NCBI RefSeq assembly: GCF_032444005.1 | Contig: NC_091287.1 | Location: forward strand, 64,294,001-64,358,000 | DNA length: 64,000 nt | Reading direction: 5' to 3' | DNA from: Ranitomeya imitator | Lineage: Eukaryota | Part shown: positions 35,552 through 48,620 of the stretch, piece after piece | Layout of the letters: each line of letters begins with the position of its first letter | How positions within the stretch are numbered: the stretch's first letter is position 1 | Made by a program: the position numbers and the translations under genes | Notes under the pieces: generated by a model | What the model saw: only the letters and a program-made list of their open reading frames with translations | Told to the model about the DNA's origin: nothing | The model's database searches: none

Positions 35552-38284
35552 ATGAATGTTCAGGAGTTAGTTTCTCGGGTGGATCAGCTTGCTGCTAGGG
35601 TACAGGATATTTCTGATTTCATTGTTCAGACTCCTGCCTTAGAACCTAAGATTCCCACTCCTGATTTATTCTTTGGTGACAGATCCAAATTTTTGAGTTT
35701 CAAAAATAACTGTAAACTGTTTTTTGCATTAAGACCCCGGTCTTCTGGTGATCCTATTCAGCAGGTTAAAATCATCATATCTCTGCTGCGTGGTGACCCA
35801 CAGGATTGGGCATTTTCCCTGGAATCTGGCAATCCTGCTTTGCTTAATGTTGATTCGTTCTTTCAGGCATTGGGGTTGCTGTATGATGAGCCTAATTCTG
35901 TGGATCAGGCTGAGAAAATCTTGTTAGCCCTGTGTCAAGGGCAAGAAGCGGCAGAATTGTATTGCCAGAAATTTAGAAAATGGTCTGTACTGACTAAATG
36001 GAATGAGGATGCCTTGGCGGCAATTTTCAGAAAGGGTCTTTCTGAATCCGTTAAAGATGTTATGGTGGGGTTCCCCACGCCTGCTGGTCTCAGTGATTCT
36101 ATGTCTCTGGCCATTCAGATTGATCAGCGCTTGCGCGAGCGCAGAATTGTGCACACTGTGGCGTTGTCCTCTGAGCGGAGCCCTGAGCCTATGCAGTGTG
36201 ATAGGATTTTGTCTAGAGCTGAACGTCAAACATTCAGGTGTCAGAATAGGTTGTGTTTTTACTGCGGCGATTCTGCTCATGTTATTTCTGATTGCCCTAA
36301 GCGTACTAAGAGAATCGCTAGTTCTGTTGCCATTAGTACTATACAACCTAAATTTCTGTTATCTGTGACCTTGATCTGCTCATTATCATCATTTTCTGTC
36401 ATGACATTTGTGGATTCAGGCGCCGCTCTGAACTTAATGGACTTAGAATTTGCCAGACGTTGTGGTTTTCCCTTGCAGCCTTTGCAGAACCCTATTCCTT
36501 TGAGGGGCATTGATGCTACACCGTTGGCTAAAAATAAACCTCAGTTTTGGACACAGCTGACCATGCGCATGGCGCCAGCCCATCAGGAAGATTGTCGTTT
36601 TCTGGTGTTGCATAATTTGCATGATGATATTGTGCTGGGTTTTCCATGGTTGCAGCTACATAATCCGGTGTTAGATTGGAAATCCATGTCTGTGACTGGT
36701 TGGGGTTGTCAGGGGGTTCATGATCAGGTTCCTTTGATGTCAATCTCCTCTTCCCCCTCTTCTGAAGTTCCTGGTTTTTTGTCTGACTTCCAGGATGTAT
36801 TCGATGAGCCCAAATCCAGTTCCCTTCCACCGCATAGGGACTGTGATTGTGCTATTGATTTGATTCCAGGTTGTAAGTTCCCTAAGGGCCGACTTTTCAA
36901 CCTGTCTGTGCCTGAACATACCGCCATGCGGAGCTATATTAAGGAGTCTTTGGAGAAAGGGCATATTCGGCCATCTTCTTCACCGTTGGGAGCGGGGTTC
37001 TTTTTTGTTGCCAAGAAGGATGGCTCCTTGAGACCCTGTATTGATTATCGCCTCTTGAATAAGATCACGGTTAAATTTCAATACCCCTTGCCTTTGCTTA
37101 CTGATTTGTTTGCTAGGATTAAGGGGTCTAGCTGGTTTACTAAGATTGGCCTTCGAGGGGCATATAATCTTATTCGTATCAAGCAGGGTGACGAATGGAA
37201 AACTGCATTTAATACGCCCGAAGGCCATTTTGAATACCTTGTGATGCCATTCGGACTCTCTAATGCCCCATCTGTGTTCCAATCCTTCATGCATGATATC
37301 TTTCGGAGTTATCTTGATAAATTCATGGTTGTATATTTGGATGATATTTTGATTTTTTCCAATGATTGGGAGTCTCATGTGAAACAGGTCAGGATGGTAT
37401 TTCAGATCCTCCGTAATAATGCTTTGTTTGTGAAGGGGTCAAAGTGCCTCTTTGGAGTGCAGAAGGTTTCTTTTTTGGGTTTCATTTTTTCTCCCTCATC
37501 TATAGAAATGGATCCGGTTAAGGTTCAGGCCATTCATGATTGGATTCAGCCCACATCTGTGAAGAGCCTTCAGAAATTCTTGGGCTTTGCTAATTTTTAT
37601 CGTCGTTTCATTGCCAACTTCTCCAGTGTGGTTAAACCTCTAACCGATTTGACCAAGAAAGGCGCTGATGTGACGAATTGGTCCTCCGCGGCTATTTCTG
37701 CCTTTCAGGAGCTTAAACGCCGATTTACTTCTGCCCCTGTGTTGCGTCAGCCAGATGTTTCTCTTCCATTTCAGGTTGAGGTTGACGCGTCTGAGATTGG
37801 GGCAGGGGCCGTTTTGTCTCAGAGGAATTCTGATGGTTCCTTGATGAAACCGTGTGCGGAACGCAATTATGATGTCGGCAATCGGGAGTTGTTGGCTATG
37901 AAGTGGGCATTTGAGGAGTGGCGACATTGGCTTGAGGGGGCCAAGCACCGTATTGTGGTCCTGACCGATCATAAGAATCTGATTTACCTCGAGTCTGCCA
38001 AACGGCTGAAACCTAGACAGGCTCGATGGTCCCTGTTTTTCTCCCGTTTTGATTTTGTGGTCTCGTACATTCCTGGTACTAAGAATGTTAAGGCGGATGC
38101 CCTCTCTAGGAGTTTTTTTCCTGATTCCCCTGGGGTTCTTGAGCCAGTCGGCATTTTGAAGGAAGGGGTGATTCTTTCTGCCATCTCCCCTGATTTGCGA
38201 CGGGTTCTTCTGGAATTTCAGGCTGATAAGCCTGACCGCTATCCTGTGGGGAAACTGTTCCTGATAGATGGATTAGTAAAGTGA
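35552..38284 (+). pseudogene. gag-pol: Gag-PR-RT-RNase H polyprotein in one frame, with lesions
   Basis: CCHC knuckle CFYCGDSAHVISDC; protease FVDSGA; RT YLDD; RT first Asp changed to Gly (FTKIGLRGAY); ~9-codon deletion in RNase H; frameshift near 38265. Confidence 0.92.
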
Positions 38285-39703
38285 TTTCTGAGGTTCATTG
38301 TTCTGTGTTGGCTGGCCATCCTGGGATTTTTGGTACCAGAGATTTGGTTGGTAGGTCCTTTTGGTGGCCTTCTTGTCACGGGATGTGCGTTCTTATGTGC
38401 AGTCCTGTGGGATTTGTGCGCGGGCTAAGCCTTGCTGTTCCCGTGCTAGTGGGTTGCTTTTGCCATTGCCGGTCCCTGAGAGACCTTGGATGCATATTTC
38501 TATGGATTTTATTTCCGATCTTCCCGTTTCCCAAAGAATGTCGGTTATCTGGGTTGTCTGTGACCGATTTTCTAAGATGGTTCATTTGGTGCCTTTGCCT
38601 AAATTGCCTTCTTCTTCTGATTTGGTTCCGTTGTTTTTTCAGCATATGGTACGTTTGCATGGTATTCCGGAGAATATTGTGTCCGACAGAGGTTCCCAGT
38701 TTGTTTCAAGGTTTTGGCGGGCCTTTTGTGCCAAGCTGGGCATTGATTTGTCTTTTTCCTCTGCATTTCATCCTCAGACAAATGGCCAGACTGAGCGAAC
38801 TAATCAGACCTTGGAGACCTATTTGAGATGCTTTGTGTCTGCTGATCAGGATGATTGGGTGGCTTTTTTGCCATTGGCCGAGTTTGCCCTTAATAATCGG
38901 GCTAGTTCGGCTACTTTGGTTTCGCCTTTTTTTTGTAATTTTGGTTTTCATCCTCGTTTTTCTTCTGGGCAGGTTGAGCCTTCTGACCTTCCTGGTGTGG
39001 ATTCTGTGGTCGACAGGTTGCAGCAGATGTGGGCTTATGTGGTGGACAATTTGGTGCTGTCTCAGGAGGAGGCTCAGCATTTTGCTAACCGTCGTCGGTG
39101 TGTTGGTTCCCGGCTTCGGGTTGGTGATCTGGTTTGGTTTGGTTATCTTCCCGTCATGTTCCTATGAAGGTTTCTTCCCCTAAGTTTAAGCCTCGATTTA
39201 TTGGTCCTTATAAGATTTCTGAGATTATTAATCCGGTGTCCTTTCGCCTGGTGCTTCCGGCCTCTTTTGCCATTCATAATGTCTTCCATAGATCTTTGTT
39301 GCGGAAATATGTGGAGCCCGTTGATCCCTCTGTTGATCCTCCGGCCCCTGTATTGGTCGATGGGGAGTTGGAATATGTTGTTGAGAAGATTTTGGATTCC
39401 CGTTTTTCGAGGCGGAAGGTTCAGTACCTTGTCAAGTGGAAGGGTTATTGCCAGGAGGATAATTCTTGGGTTTTTGCCTCTGATGTCCATGCCGTTGATT
39501 TGGTTCGTGCCTTTCATCGGGCTCATCCTGATCGGCCTGGGGGCTCTGGTGAGGGTTCGGTGACCCCTCCTCAAGGGGGGGGTACTGTTGTGAATTCAGC
39601 TTTTGGGCTCCCTCCGGTGGTTGTAGAGGGTAATGCAGTTGTGCCTGGACTGCAGGAGTGGACAGGTGTATCTACTAATTGCAAAACTGACTGGGGTATA
39701 TAG
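38281..39703 (+). pseudogene. pol: Integrase (HHCC, D,D35E, GPY/F) plus chromodomain, frameshifted
   Basis: GHPG, CGIC, SMDFI, VSDRGSQF, GQTERTNQ, FIGPY, EYVVEKILDSR...YLVKWKGY; frameshifts near 38370 and 39140. Confidence 0.92.
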
Positions 39704-41371
39704 CTTTGCTGGATCCTTTAGTCAGTGCCAGTTGTCCATTGTTCTTGAAGGATTCACTTCCCTGCTGGTCTCTCCAGTTTGCTGTGTTTTTCTACAAAGA
39801 TAAGTCCTGGCTTTGTTTTTGCTGTCCACCTGCAGTGGACCTTATAGTTCTGTGCATTTTCATGTTTTTGTCCTGTCCAGCTTGGTCTGTGAAGGATTTT
39901 TTGCAGCCTAGCTATTTCTCTGGAGATGCAGATATACCCCCCATGTCTTTAGTCAGATGTGGTGATCCGTATTTTCTGCGGTGGATATTGTCTAGCGTTT
40001 TTATACTGACCGCATAGTACTCTGTTCTATTCTTTCTTTTTAGCTAGTATGGCCTCCTATGCTAAAATCTGATTTCATATCTGCGTATGTTATTTTCCTC
40101 TCCTCTCACAGTCAATATTTGTGGGGGGCTATCTATCCTTTGGGGATTTTCTCTGAGGCAAGATAGGTTTCCTGTTTCTGTCTTTAGTGGTAGTTAGATC
40201 TTAGGCTGTGCCGAGGGGTCTAGGAAGTGTTAGGTACCCCCCACGGCTACTTTTAGTTGCGCTGCTAGGTTCAGGGTTTGCGGTCAGTACAGGGACCACC
40301 TTCTCCAGAGTACGTCTCATGCTGCTCCAAGGCCACCAGATCATAACCGTGCTTCTAATCAGTGCAAGAGTATGTGGAATCAGACACCGCGGTCTTCTGA
40401 CCCCTCTCTGTCACGATAAACCTGTGACACAAAGGCTATTTACAGTCCTGTTTTAAAGAAATTCCTTAGTTATCGCTCAAAGACTTTCATATTTGTTCAT
40501 TTACCTGCTGCAAATTTACTATTTGAACCAATTTTGCAAAGATTAGTAAGCCAAGGGGGAGCTACACCAGTGTTTAAAATTGCCTGTCTGCATCCTGTCA
40601 TATATATGGACATGGTAGCTATGCATTGGTAAGTATGGCTTTTTTTTTTGTTATGTATTTGGACTCAATCTCCTTTTCAGTGAATTTTAATATTATGCCA
40701 GTCCCTGATTGCTGCTTCCAACAGGTGGCACTATAATTTCTCCATCTTCTCCATTGGCGGTGTATATCGCACAGAACTCGAATGTCACTTGCACCCATAT
40801 AACTCTATGTTCTCGCATGTCGTCTCGGCATGAGAAAATAATTGCAGACGTGAGCTGCTCCATAGATTAACACTGGTCCGAGTGCTATGCAATGTTTTCT
40901 CGCATAGCACTTGTCCGTGTTATTCGCCAGTGTGCCCCCGGCCTTTATGGGAGAATGTAGACAGGACATGTATGTGTTTCCTTGTTTTTACACTCTGCTT
41001 TTCCTTTTGCACTTTTTTTTTTACATAGTAACAGGTCTGTTTATCATTTTTACACCATGATTTATTATTTCTTTTATTATTTTTTTTTAATACTGGTCTC
41101 CTAACTGGTGGAGGAATTTGGTTGTATCAGTATTCCATCTCTTGTATCTACATATTAAACTTGATTTGCCCGAATTTCCACATTCTTTTACTCACAATAT
41201 GATTGTGAAATTTTAGATTTTTTTTTAACTTATTTTAGGAAAACCTTTAATTACACATAGTATAAAAGAGCAATTTTTAACATGCTGTGCTCAGAGTAAC
41301 CACTAGGTGGTGCAATTATACTTACAAAAATACTAGCTGGAGCTACTTTTTCTCATGTAAAGTATGTAGAT

Positions 41372-42760
41372 TAGTGATGGGAAATCTAGTTCATTTTGGT
41401 GATTAGTTCACCATGAACTAGTTCACTGAAAAGATTAGTTCAAAAGATTAGTTCATTTAGTTCAGTATTTCTCTGGATTCTCCTGAGAAGTGATGGATCA
41501 GTTCTAGTTCGTTACACAGAAGTTGTGGCTCCTAGGATGAGTTATAGTTTTGTTAAAATGATCAGAAATAGTTAATACATCTGATCATTACATAACAAAC
41601 TCTTATTAATGGGGTGCTCAGTCTGGAGAAAAAAAATTCAAAAGTTATTTATTCAAGTTAATAATTTCTTTTTTTTCCTTGTGAAATATTTATTATTATT
41701 AATATTATTTAAATGGCGTGACAGATTACCCACAGAACCGCAAGCTACACTTATCACATTTGAGCAGTAGGAACATTTTGCTTTCTTCTCCACTAAGGCT
41801 ATGTGCACACGTTCAGGATTTCTCGCAGAAAATTCCTGAGAAAAACCGGACATTTTCTGCAAGAAATCCACAAAAAAACCGCACGCGTTTTGCCGCGGTT
41901 TTGACACGTTTTTGCTGCGTTTTTTTCCGGACACTTCCCAATGCATTTTGTAGTGGGAAATCCGCAAAAAAAACGCAAAATTAATGAACATGCTGCGTTT
42001 TTTACCGCGATGCGTTTTTTTTGCGGAAAACAACGCATCATGTGCACAAAACACATGCATTTTTTTTGCGGTTTTATAGTGTTTTTATCGTGAGAAACCG
42101 CGAAAAAAACGCAATGTGTGCACACAGCCTAGGTGTGAAATGATTCCATTCCTGGCTTCTTTCTCTTCAGTGTATTATCTGCAGACATTATGGTCACTTG
42201 CAGTCTCTGGTATTGAGCACTGAGCAGTCAGACAGGATTCATTTCATTTCCTATCCTGTGAGGAGCTGATAGGGAATGCATCATGTCATGTGACCTGTGA
42301 ACTAAATGAACTATGTGAACTAAATGAACTATATGAACTAAATGAACTATATGAACTGCTGAACTAGATGTTCTGTATTGAGGCTGATCCTCTCCAGGAG
42401 GCTGATCTTATCACAAAGACTGGTGAGGGGCATGAACCACCACAGAAACACTCTCTCTCATACACACATGAGCTGTGTCTGTCTACTGTACAATTTCAGT
42501 TTGTATTATTACTATTATATTTGTATTTACTATTTGATGTGTGGTATAGTGTTTTACTACCTTCTTTTCCAGCATCAGGAGCTATAAAGAGCAAGTGTGA
42601 GACCAGGGATCTTCAGTGTGAGGGATCACTCTCTGTCTCCTCCCACTTGCTGTTTAGTTCACAATGAACTAATCTCTGTCAGGATGGTGAACTAGATGAA
42701 CTAGTTCACTCTGAAGATTAGTTCATTTTGAACTACTCACTCACGAACTACCCATCACTA
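41372..42760. mobile_element. Non-autonomous hAT element
   Basis: TIRs tagtgatggg...cccatcacta; 8-bp TSD atgtagat; many subterminal gaacta/tagttc repeats. Confidence 0.9.
41797..42129. mobile_element. PIF/Harbinger-like MITE nested in the hAT element
   Basis: TIRs ggctatgtgcacac...gtgtgcacacagcc; flanks TAA and TAG. Confidence 0.8.
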
Positions 42761-43811
42761 ATGTAGATAGGATTGGAGTCAAGTCCTTATTTTACAGAGA
42801 TAGGCCTCATTCAGATGCCCATATTTCACATACAGTACACGTACTTTCTTAGGATGTTCCCACATTGCATTTTGTCACTCACTCATTGGGCCCATCGGGG
42901 CTTACGTCCGAACCCCCCGCAAAACTGGATTCAGGCGTATGTGCTGACAGGGCCATAGACTGTAATGGTGGCGACAGAGCGAATGGGTGCTCTCTCGTGC
43001 ATCATTTTCTGGCGTGTACGCAGAGCTGAACTGGCCATCTGGCAAATGCCAGAAGGGCCTGTCTGGTCTTGGGCCGCGTTGGATGCTACATTGTTATCAG
43101 GATCTACATCCTCAAGATGCCCACACTGTTAGCAGTTGTGACACAGCACAAGGTTGCTGGCTTCATCACCTACCTCAGCAGGCCATGTATCCATGTTGTC
43201 GGCAACCTGCCGTGGCCAGCAACAACAGGGTAACATGAAAAACTCTAAAGGTTGCACTGTGAATTACCAAGAATGATTACTCTAGAATATTGAAACTGCA
43301 TTACTGCCATAGAAAATGGGGAAAAAAATGAAAAAAGCGCTATATAGTGTATATATGAAATATTCATCTGCATAATTGGTATGAAAAATACAGTAAAAAA
43401 GAAGGTAATTAGCACATAGATTGTCCAATTTATGTGAGCCCAACTGCAACGTCAAGGCATCCTTCAAAGCTGGGTCCCTGTCCTGATATGTCACCTCTCC
43501 TGGGCAAAAAAGCAAAATCTCTAATGGGTCCCCCAATTATTGCAAGTTTTTAATAGCATTAGTCTTTTTATGTAAGTCAAAGGGACTTTTGGGGCCCCTA
43601 GGCTCCAGGGCCTGGGTGGGATTGCAACCCTTGCACCTACTGTAGTTTCGCCCCTGATCATTTTACCACAAGTGTGTGATTTGCATACATGCAGTCAGGT
43701 GCTGACTAGATGTGCACAGCCTCGCTCAATGCAAGTGAAAAAAGTAAAGCCATGTAATTCCAGCATCAGAGAATCCTCACAGTGTGCGCTATGTGGATTT
43801 AGAAGTTTGAA

Positions 43812-44345
43812 GATAATAATAATAATTTTATTTCTATAGCGCCAAAATATTACGCAACACTTTACATTTTAGAGGAGACTAGAACAGACAATAGACATTA
43901 CAGCATAACAATTAACACATAGCTCAAAACAGATACCAAGAGGAATGAGGGCCCTGCTCGCAAGCTTACAGACTATCCGGAAAAAGGGGAGACACGAGAG
44001 GTGGATGGTAACAATTGGTTTCGTTGCTCGGACCATCCATAGTGTAAGGATCGGGTGTTCATGTAAAGCCGCATGAACCGGTTATCAACCTAAGTATGTA
44101 ACAGTACAGACACAGAGGGCTAATAACTGCATAAAGCATGGGAATTAATCGTATTAACCTAGGTAGTGCATTCCAAAGAATTGGCCCAGCACATGAAAAG
44201 TCTTGGAGACGGGAGTGGGAGGTTCTGATTATTGAGGATGTTAACCTCAGGTCATTAGCAGTTCATGGAGAGCACAGGTAGGGTGGTAGACTGAGACCAG
44301 AGAGATGTAGGGTGGTGCTGAGCCATGGAGTGCTTTGTGGGTGAG
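43812..44345 (-). mobile_element. L2-like LINE 3' fragment
   Basis: (aat)n tail, atttctatagcgcc and gagggccctgctcgcaagcttaca motifs in reverse orientation. Confidence 0.6.
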
Positions 44346-44688
44346 GGTAATACTGTATTTTCTGGAGTATAAGACTACTTTTTAACCCCTGAAAATCTTC
44401 TCAAAAGTCTGGTATCGTCTTATACGCCAGGTGTCGTCTTATAGGGCAGGTGCGGAGTAATCTGCGGTCGCCGCGTATTGTTGGGGGAGCGACCCCAATG
44501 ACGAGGTGAGGGGGCACCTCACTGGGAAGGTGTAAGTGAAGCAGAGGCAGAGAAGGAGATAATAGGATACAAGGGCGAGCCAGATGAGTGAAAGAGGAGT
44601 GTTTTTCTAGGGACAGCATCGCTCTCTCTCTTTTTTGCGTAACCCTGGCGTCCCAGACGCTGACAGTTTGCTTCACTTACACCTACAC

Positions 44689-45195
44689 TAGCAGCTAGTC
44701 TTTCCCCACCAGCTTAGAGACAATTGAAATAGACACAGAGCTTGCAGAGGGAAAGAGTGGTGAAAAATGCAGGCTACAAATCATATAATGACCTGAAATA
44801 TTGTGGTTCCTCCTTTTTAAGGGATTAATAAAAGTTGAAAATGAGAAAATTGCTGTAAATATGAATCTATTTGTATTTAAGTGATACTTTTCCTCACTAA
44901 AGTGTTTTATTTTGCAAAAATAATAAGGAAAAATTATAATTACTTACCGGTAATTTGATTTTCCAGATCCATGACAGCACCGATACATGAGATGGCCCTG
45001 CCCCCAGGAACAGGAAACCTGCAGTGGAGATAAAAGATTGGGGCGGTACCTCTCTCCCCAGTTTGTTTACAGAGTATGCAAGGTAACTGCTTCGTTAGTT
45101 TGGGTATATGTACATCACATTAATTTCCAAAAGGTTATTTATTTATTATTATTCTATACATTTTAGGAGGGTATATCCCAATATATATATATATG

Positions 45196-45227
<32 letters not shown>

Positions 45228-45565
45228 TTTGTGAATCGCACAACCATCACGAAGATAGGGCGGGAATTAGTGCGGTGCTGTCATGGATCTGGAAATTCAA
45301 ATTACCGGTAAGTAATTGTAATTTTTTCCCTTCCCCATGTCGGCACCGATACATGAGAGGAAGAATAGAAAGAACTCCTAGGGTGGGATAACAGCGGATA
45401 GCATTTGATAGTCCCAGATTTAATCTATAATGGCGACAAGGTTGTCTGACCCTTTTAAGTGTGTACTTGTAAGAGGTAAGAGATGGCTTTCGGCCCAACG
45501 AAATAGCCTTCTTGCTTCTTCCATCAGGGGACTCGATCTTTTTCCTCCCTGTCGATTTATATACG
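44689..45565. repeat. Local duplication of the DIRS right end plus flank (paralog of 46115-47280)
   Basis: Direct repeat starting tagcagctagtctttcc; lacks the MITE at 46524. Confidence 0.85.
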
Positions 45566-45900
45566 ATACTGTACTGTGTGTTGGGGGAGCTGCACTACAC
45601 TGTGTGTTGGGGGGAGTTACACTGTACTGTGTGTGGTGGGGAGCTGCACTGTACTGTGTGTGTGGGTGGGCTGCACTTTACTGTGCGTGTGGGGAGAAGC
45701 ATTATACTGTGTGTGGAGAGGGGCTGCCTTATACCGTGAGGGCGCTGCTTTATACTATGTGTGTGTGTGGGGGCTGCATTATACTGCGTGTCTGGGGAGG
45801 GGCTGCATTATACTGTGTGTGGGGGAAACTGCACTATACTGTGAGTGGGGGGCTGCATTATACTGTGTGTGTATGTGTGGGTGTGGCTGCAGTATAATCT
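45565..45900. repeat. GT-rich minisatellite (~30-bp degenerate unit)
   Basis: Repeated tatactgtgtgt...gggggctgca units. Confidence 0.8.
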
Positions 45901-46523
45901 GAGAGTATTGAGGACTATCTGTCAACATCATTCTTCCTCAGTCGGTGTAAAGAAACTTGGGACCAAGCGTTGAACGACTTCATTATTGTCGATTATACTC
46001 GATTAACGACCTGAACTCTGCACCTGTAAATACAGCCAAAATATTTGTTTGCTGTGGAATATGTGAGCATTTGGGGCTCCACTTTCTCTAAAACCAGCCC
46101 TTTAGGAGTCAGCATAGCAGCTAGTCTTTCCCCACCAGCTTAGAGACAATTGAAATAGACATAGAGCTTGCAGAGGGAAAGAGTGGTGAAAAATGCAGGC
46201 TACAAATCATATAATGACCTGAAATATTGTGGTTCCTCCTTTTTAAGGGATTAATAAAAGTTGAAAATGAGAAAATTGCTGTAAATATCAATCTATTTGT
46301 ATTTAAGTGATACTTTTCCTCACTAAAGTGTTTTATTTTGCAAAAATAATAAGGAAAAATTATAATTACTTACCGGTAATTTGATTTTCCAGATCCATGA
46401 CAGCACCGATACATGAGATGGCCCTGCCCCCAGGAACAGGGAACCTGCAGTGGAGATAAAAGATTGCGGCGGTACCTCTCTCCCCAGTTTGTTTACAGAG
46501 TATGCAAGGTAACTGCCTTGTAA

Positions 46524-46841
46524 GGCTACGTTCACACTAGCGTTGCGCCGCCCTGCGTTGGCGACGCAACGCGCGACGCACGAAAAAACGCGCACAAACG
46601 CACGCAAAAACGCGCGCGTTTTGCGACGCGTGCGTCGTTTTTTGACGAGAATCGGACGCACAGAAAATGCAACTTGTTGCATTTTCTTGCGTCCGACGCT
46701 AGCGTCGTAAACGACGCAAGTGTCAAAAAACGCCACCCAAAAAACGCACGCGTCCCCTATGTTAAACATAGGGGCGCGTCGCCGCTGCGTCGCCGGCGCA
46801 ACAGCGACGCACATTGGCGGAACGCCAATGTGAACGTAGCC
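46524..46841. mobile_element. PIF/Harbinger-like MITE inserted in the DIRS 3' region
   Basis: TIRs ggctacgttcaca...tgtgaacgtagcc; flanks TAA and TTA; empty site at 45095. Confidence 0.9.
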
Positions 46842-47149
46842 TTAGTTTGGGTATATGTACATCACATTCATTTCCAAAAGGTTATTTATTTATTATTATT
46901 CTATACATTTTAGGAGGGTATTATATTTTTTTTTTGGGGTGAATCGCACAACCATCACAAAGATAGGGCGGGAATTAGTGTGGTGCTGTCATGGATCTGG
47001 AAATTCAAATTACCGGTAAGTAATTATAATTTTTTCCCTTCCCCATGTCGGCACCGATACATGAGAGGAAGAATAGAAAGAACTCCTAGGGTGGGATAAC
47101 AGCGGATAGCATTTGATAGTCCCAGATTTAATCTATAATGGCGACAAGG

Positions 47150-48620
47150 TTGTCTGACCTTTTAAGTGTGTACTTGTATGAGATAAGAGATGGCTTTCGG
47201 CTCAACGAAATAGCCTTCTTGCTTCTTCCATCAGGGGACTCGATCTTGTTCCTCCCTGTCGATTTATATAGGATACTGTTGTGCTGTTGTCGGACAACAC
47301 AACTAGATGTCTCCCTTTGATGTTCGCTTCTGTTTGAAGAATCGCTTGCCTTACTGCTGTTAGTTCCTTTAGGTTTGAGGAAGCCGTTTGCATATGAGGA
47401 TCCCATAGACCTTGTAGGATCTGATTAGATAGGTGTGCCCCTCAGCCTAACGGGCTCGCATCCATGGTCAGTACTACCGGATTCTGGATTGACCATGGGA
47501 CCTCTTTTTTAAGTTTCCGGATTTTAGCCACCAATTTAGAGAGTCCAGTACCTGTGGTGATAATACGATTTTTCGATTTAGGTTGTAGGGTTTTTTTGCT
47601 TGTTCTGACAAGATCTGCTATTGTAAGTCTCTTGAATGCAGCTGTGCCCATTGGACCGCCGGAATCATTGCCGTCAGCATACCTAAGAGGGACATGGCTT
47701 CCCTCACCGAGACGGACTGGGCCGCCTCTATTTGTATTATCCATTGTTTTATTGCCTCAACTTTCCTGTCTGGAAGGACACAGTCTTGTCTGATTGAATT
47801 TATCTGAATCCCCAGGAACTCCTGCATCTGGACTGGAATCATTCTTGATTTCCTTAAGTTTATTATCCACCCCAATTTGGTCAATAACTCTCGTACTCTC
47901 ATAACTGCCTTTGTGCAGTCTTCCTGATTGTCTGCTATAAGGAGAAAATCATATAAATAAGGTACTAGTAGAATATTTTCTCTCCTTACAAAGGATGCTA
48001 TTTCTGAAATTATTTTGGTTAAGATACGAGGAGCCACTGATACCCCGAAGGGGAGACATCGGTACTGTAGATGGGTGTAGACTTGCTCCAGCTGTACTAC
48101 CAACCTCAGATACCGTTGATGCTCTACGCAGATTGGTACATAGTATTGGTACATCTGTAAGATCTATCACTGCCATGTACCAGCCTGGATACAGTAATTT
48201 TACTGCCGTTTTTATAGTTTCCATTTTGAATTTTTCTACTCTGATGTATTTGTTTAATGCTTTTAGATTGAAGATTGTCCTTAATGACCCATCCTGTTTT
48301 GGTGTGAGGAACAGGGTGCTGTAAAACCCCTTCACCAAAACTCTTTTGGTGGTACTCTTACCAGGACTTCTTTGTCTAGAAGGAGATGAATTTCCTTTTC
48401 TAGTATCATTTGATTTCTTTTGGCAACACGGGTGACTTTTATTCGATGAGGAGGCAGGGAGATAAAGTATAACCGTAGGCCCTCGGATAACAGGTTGATC
48501 ATCCATTGAGAGGGTTGTGGGATTACCCACTGATGGACAAAAAAACGCAGCCTCCCCCCCCACTCGGAACATGGCGTCACTGTTTAGAGTCTGGTTTTTG
48601 AGGGGGTTTATTGAAGAGGA
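47150..48620 (-). pseudogene. pol: DIRS reverse transcriptase/RNase H, frameshifted
   Basis: KQDGSLRTIFNLKALNK, LPFGVSVAPRILTK, LVPYLYDFL (YLDD degenerate), LTMDASPLG, SNLKELTAV, VLSDNSTTVSYINRQGGTRS. Confidence 0.88.

Larger units (their letters stand above)
34654..40348 (+). mobile_element. Full-length Ty3/Gypsy chromovirus (Tf1/sushi group), defective
   Basis: 763-bp LTRs at 34654-35416 and 39586-40348 with about 13 differences by eye; PPT aagggggggg before the 3' LTR; GTGCTT on both sides. Confidence 0.97.
34062..40429 (-). mobile_element. Older solo LTR split by the Gypsy insertion
   Basis: 34062-34653 plus 40349-40429 resembles the reverse complement of the LTR at 58079-58738; tgtcac...gtgaca termini. 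Confidence 0.6.

Noticed and set aside
40540-40629. Plus-strand exon ending at strong donor ttg|gtaagt
   Set aside because: Acceptor is ambiguous, the peptide is unrecognised and there are no supporting neighbouring exons; the same applies to the ~43100-43230 candidate.
45900-46040. Hammerhead ribozyme or small RNA gene (ctgaggaag on the minus strand)
   Set aside because: No stem II-GAAA arm follows and no known RNA motif is recognisable.
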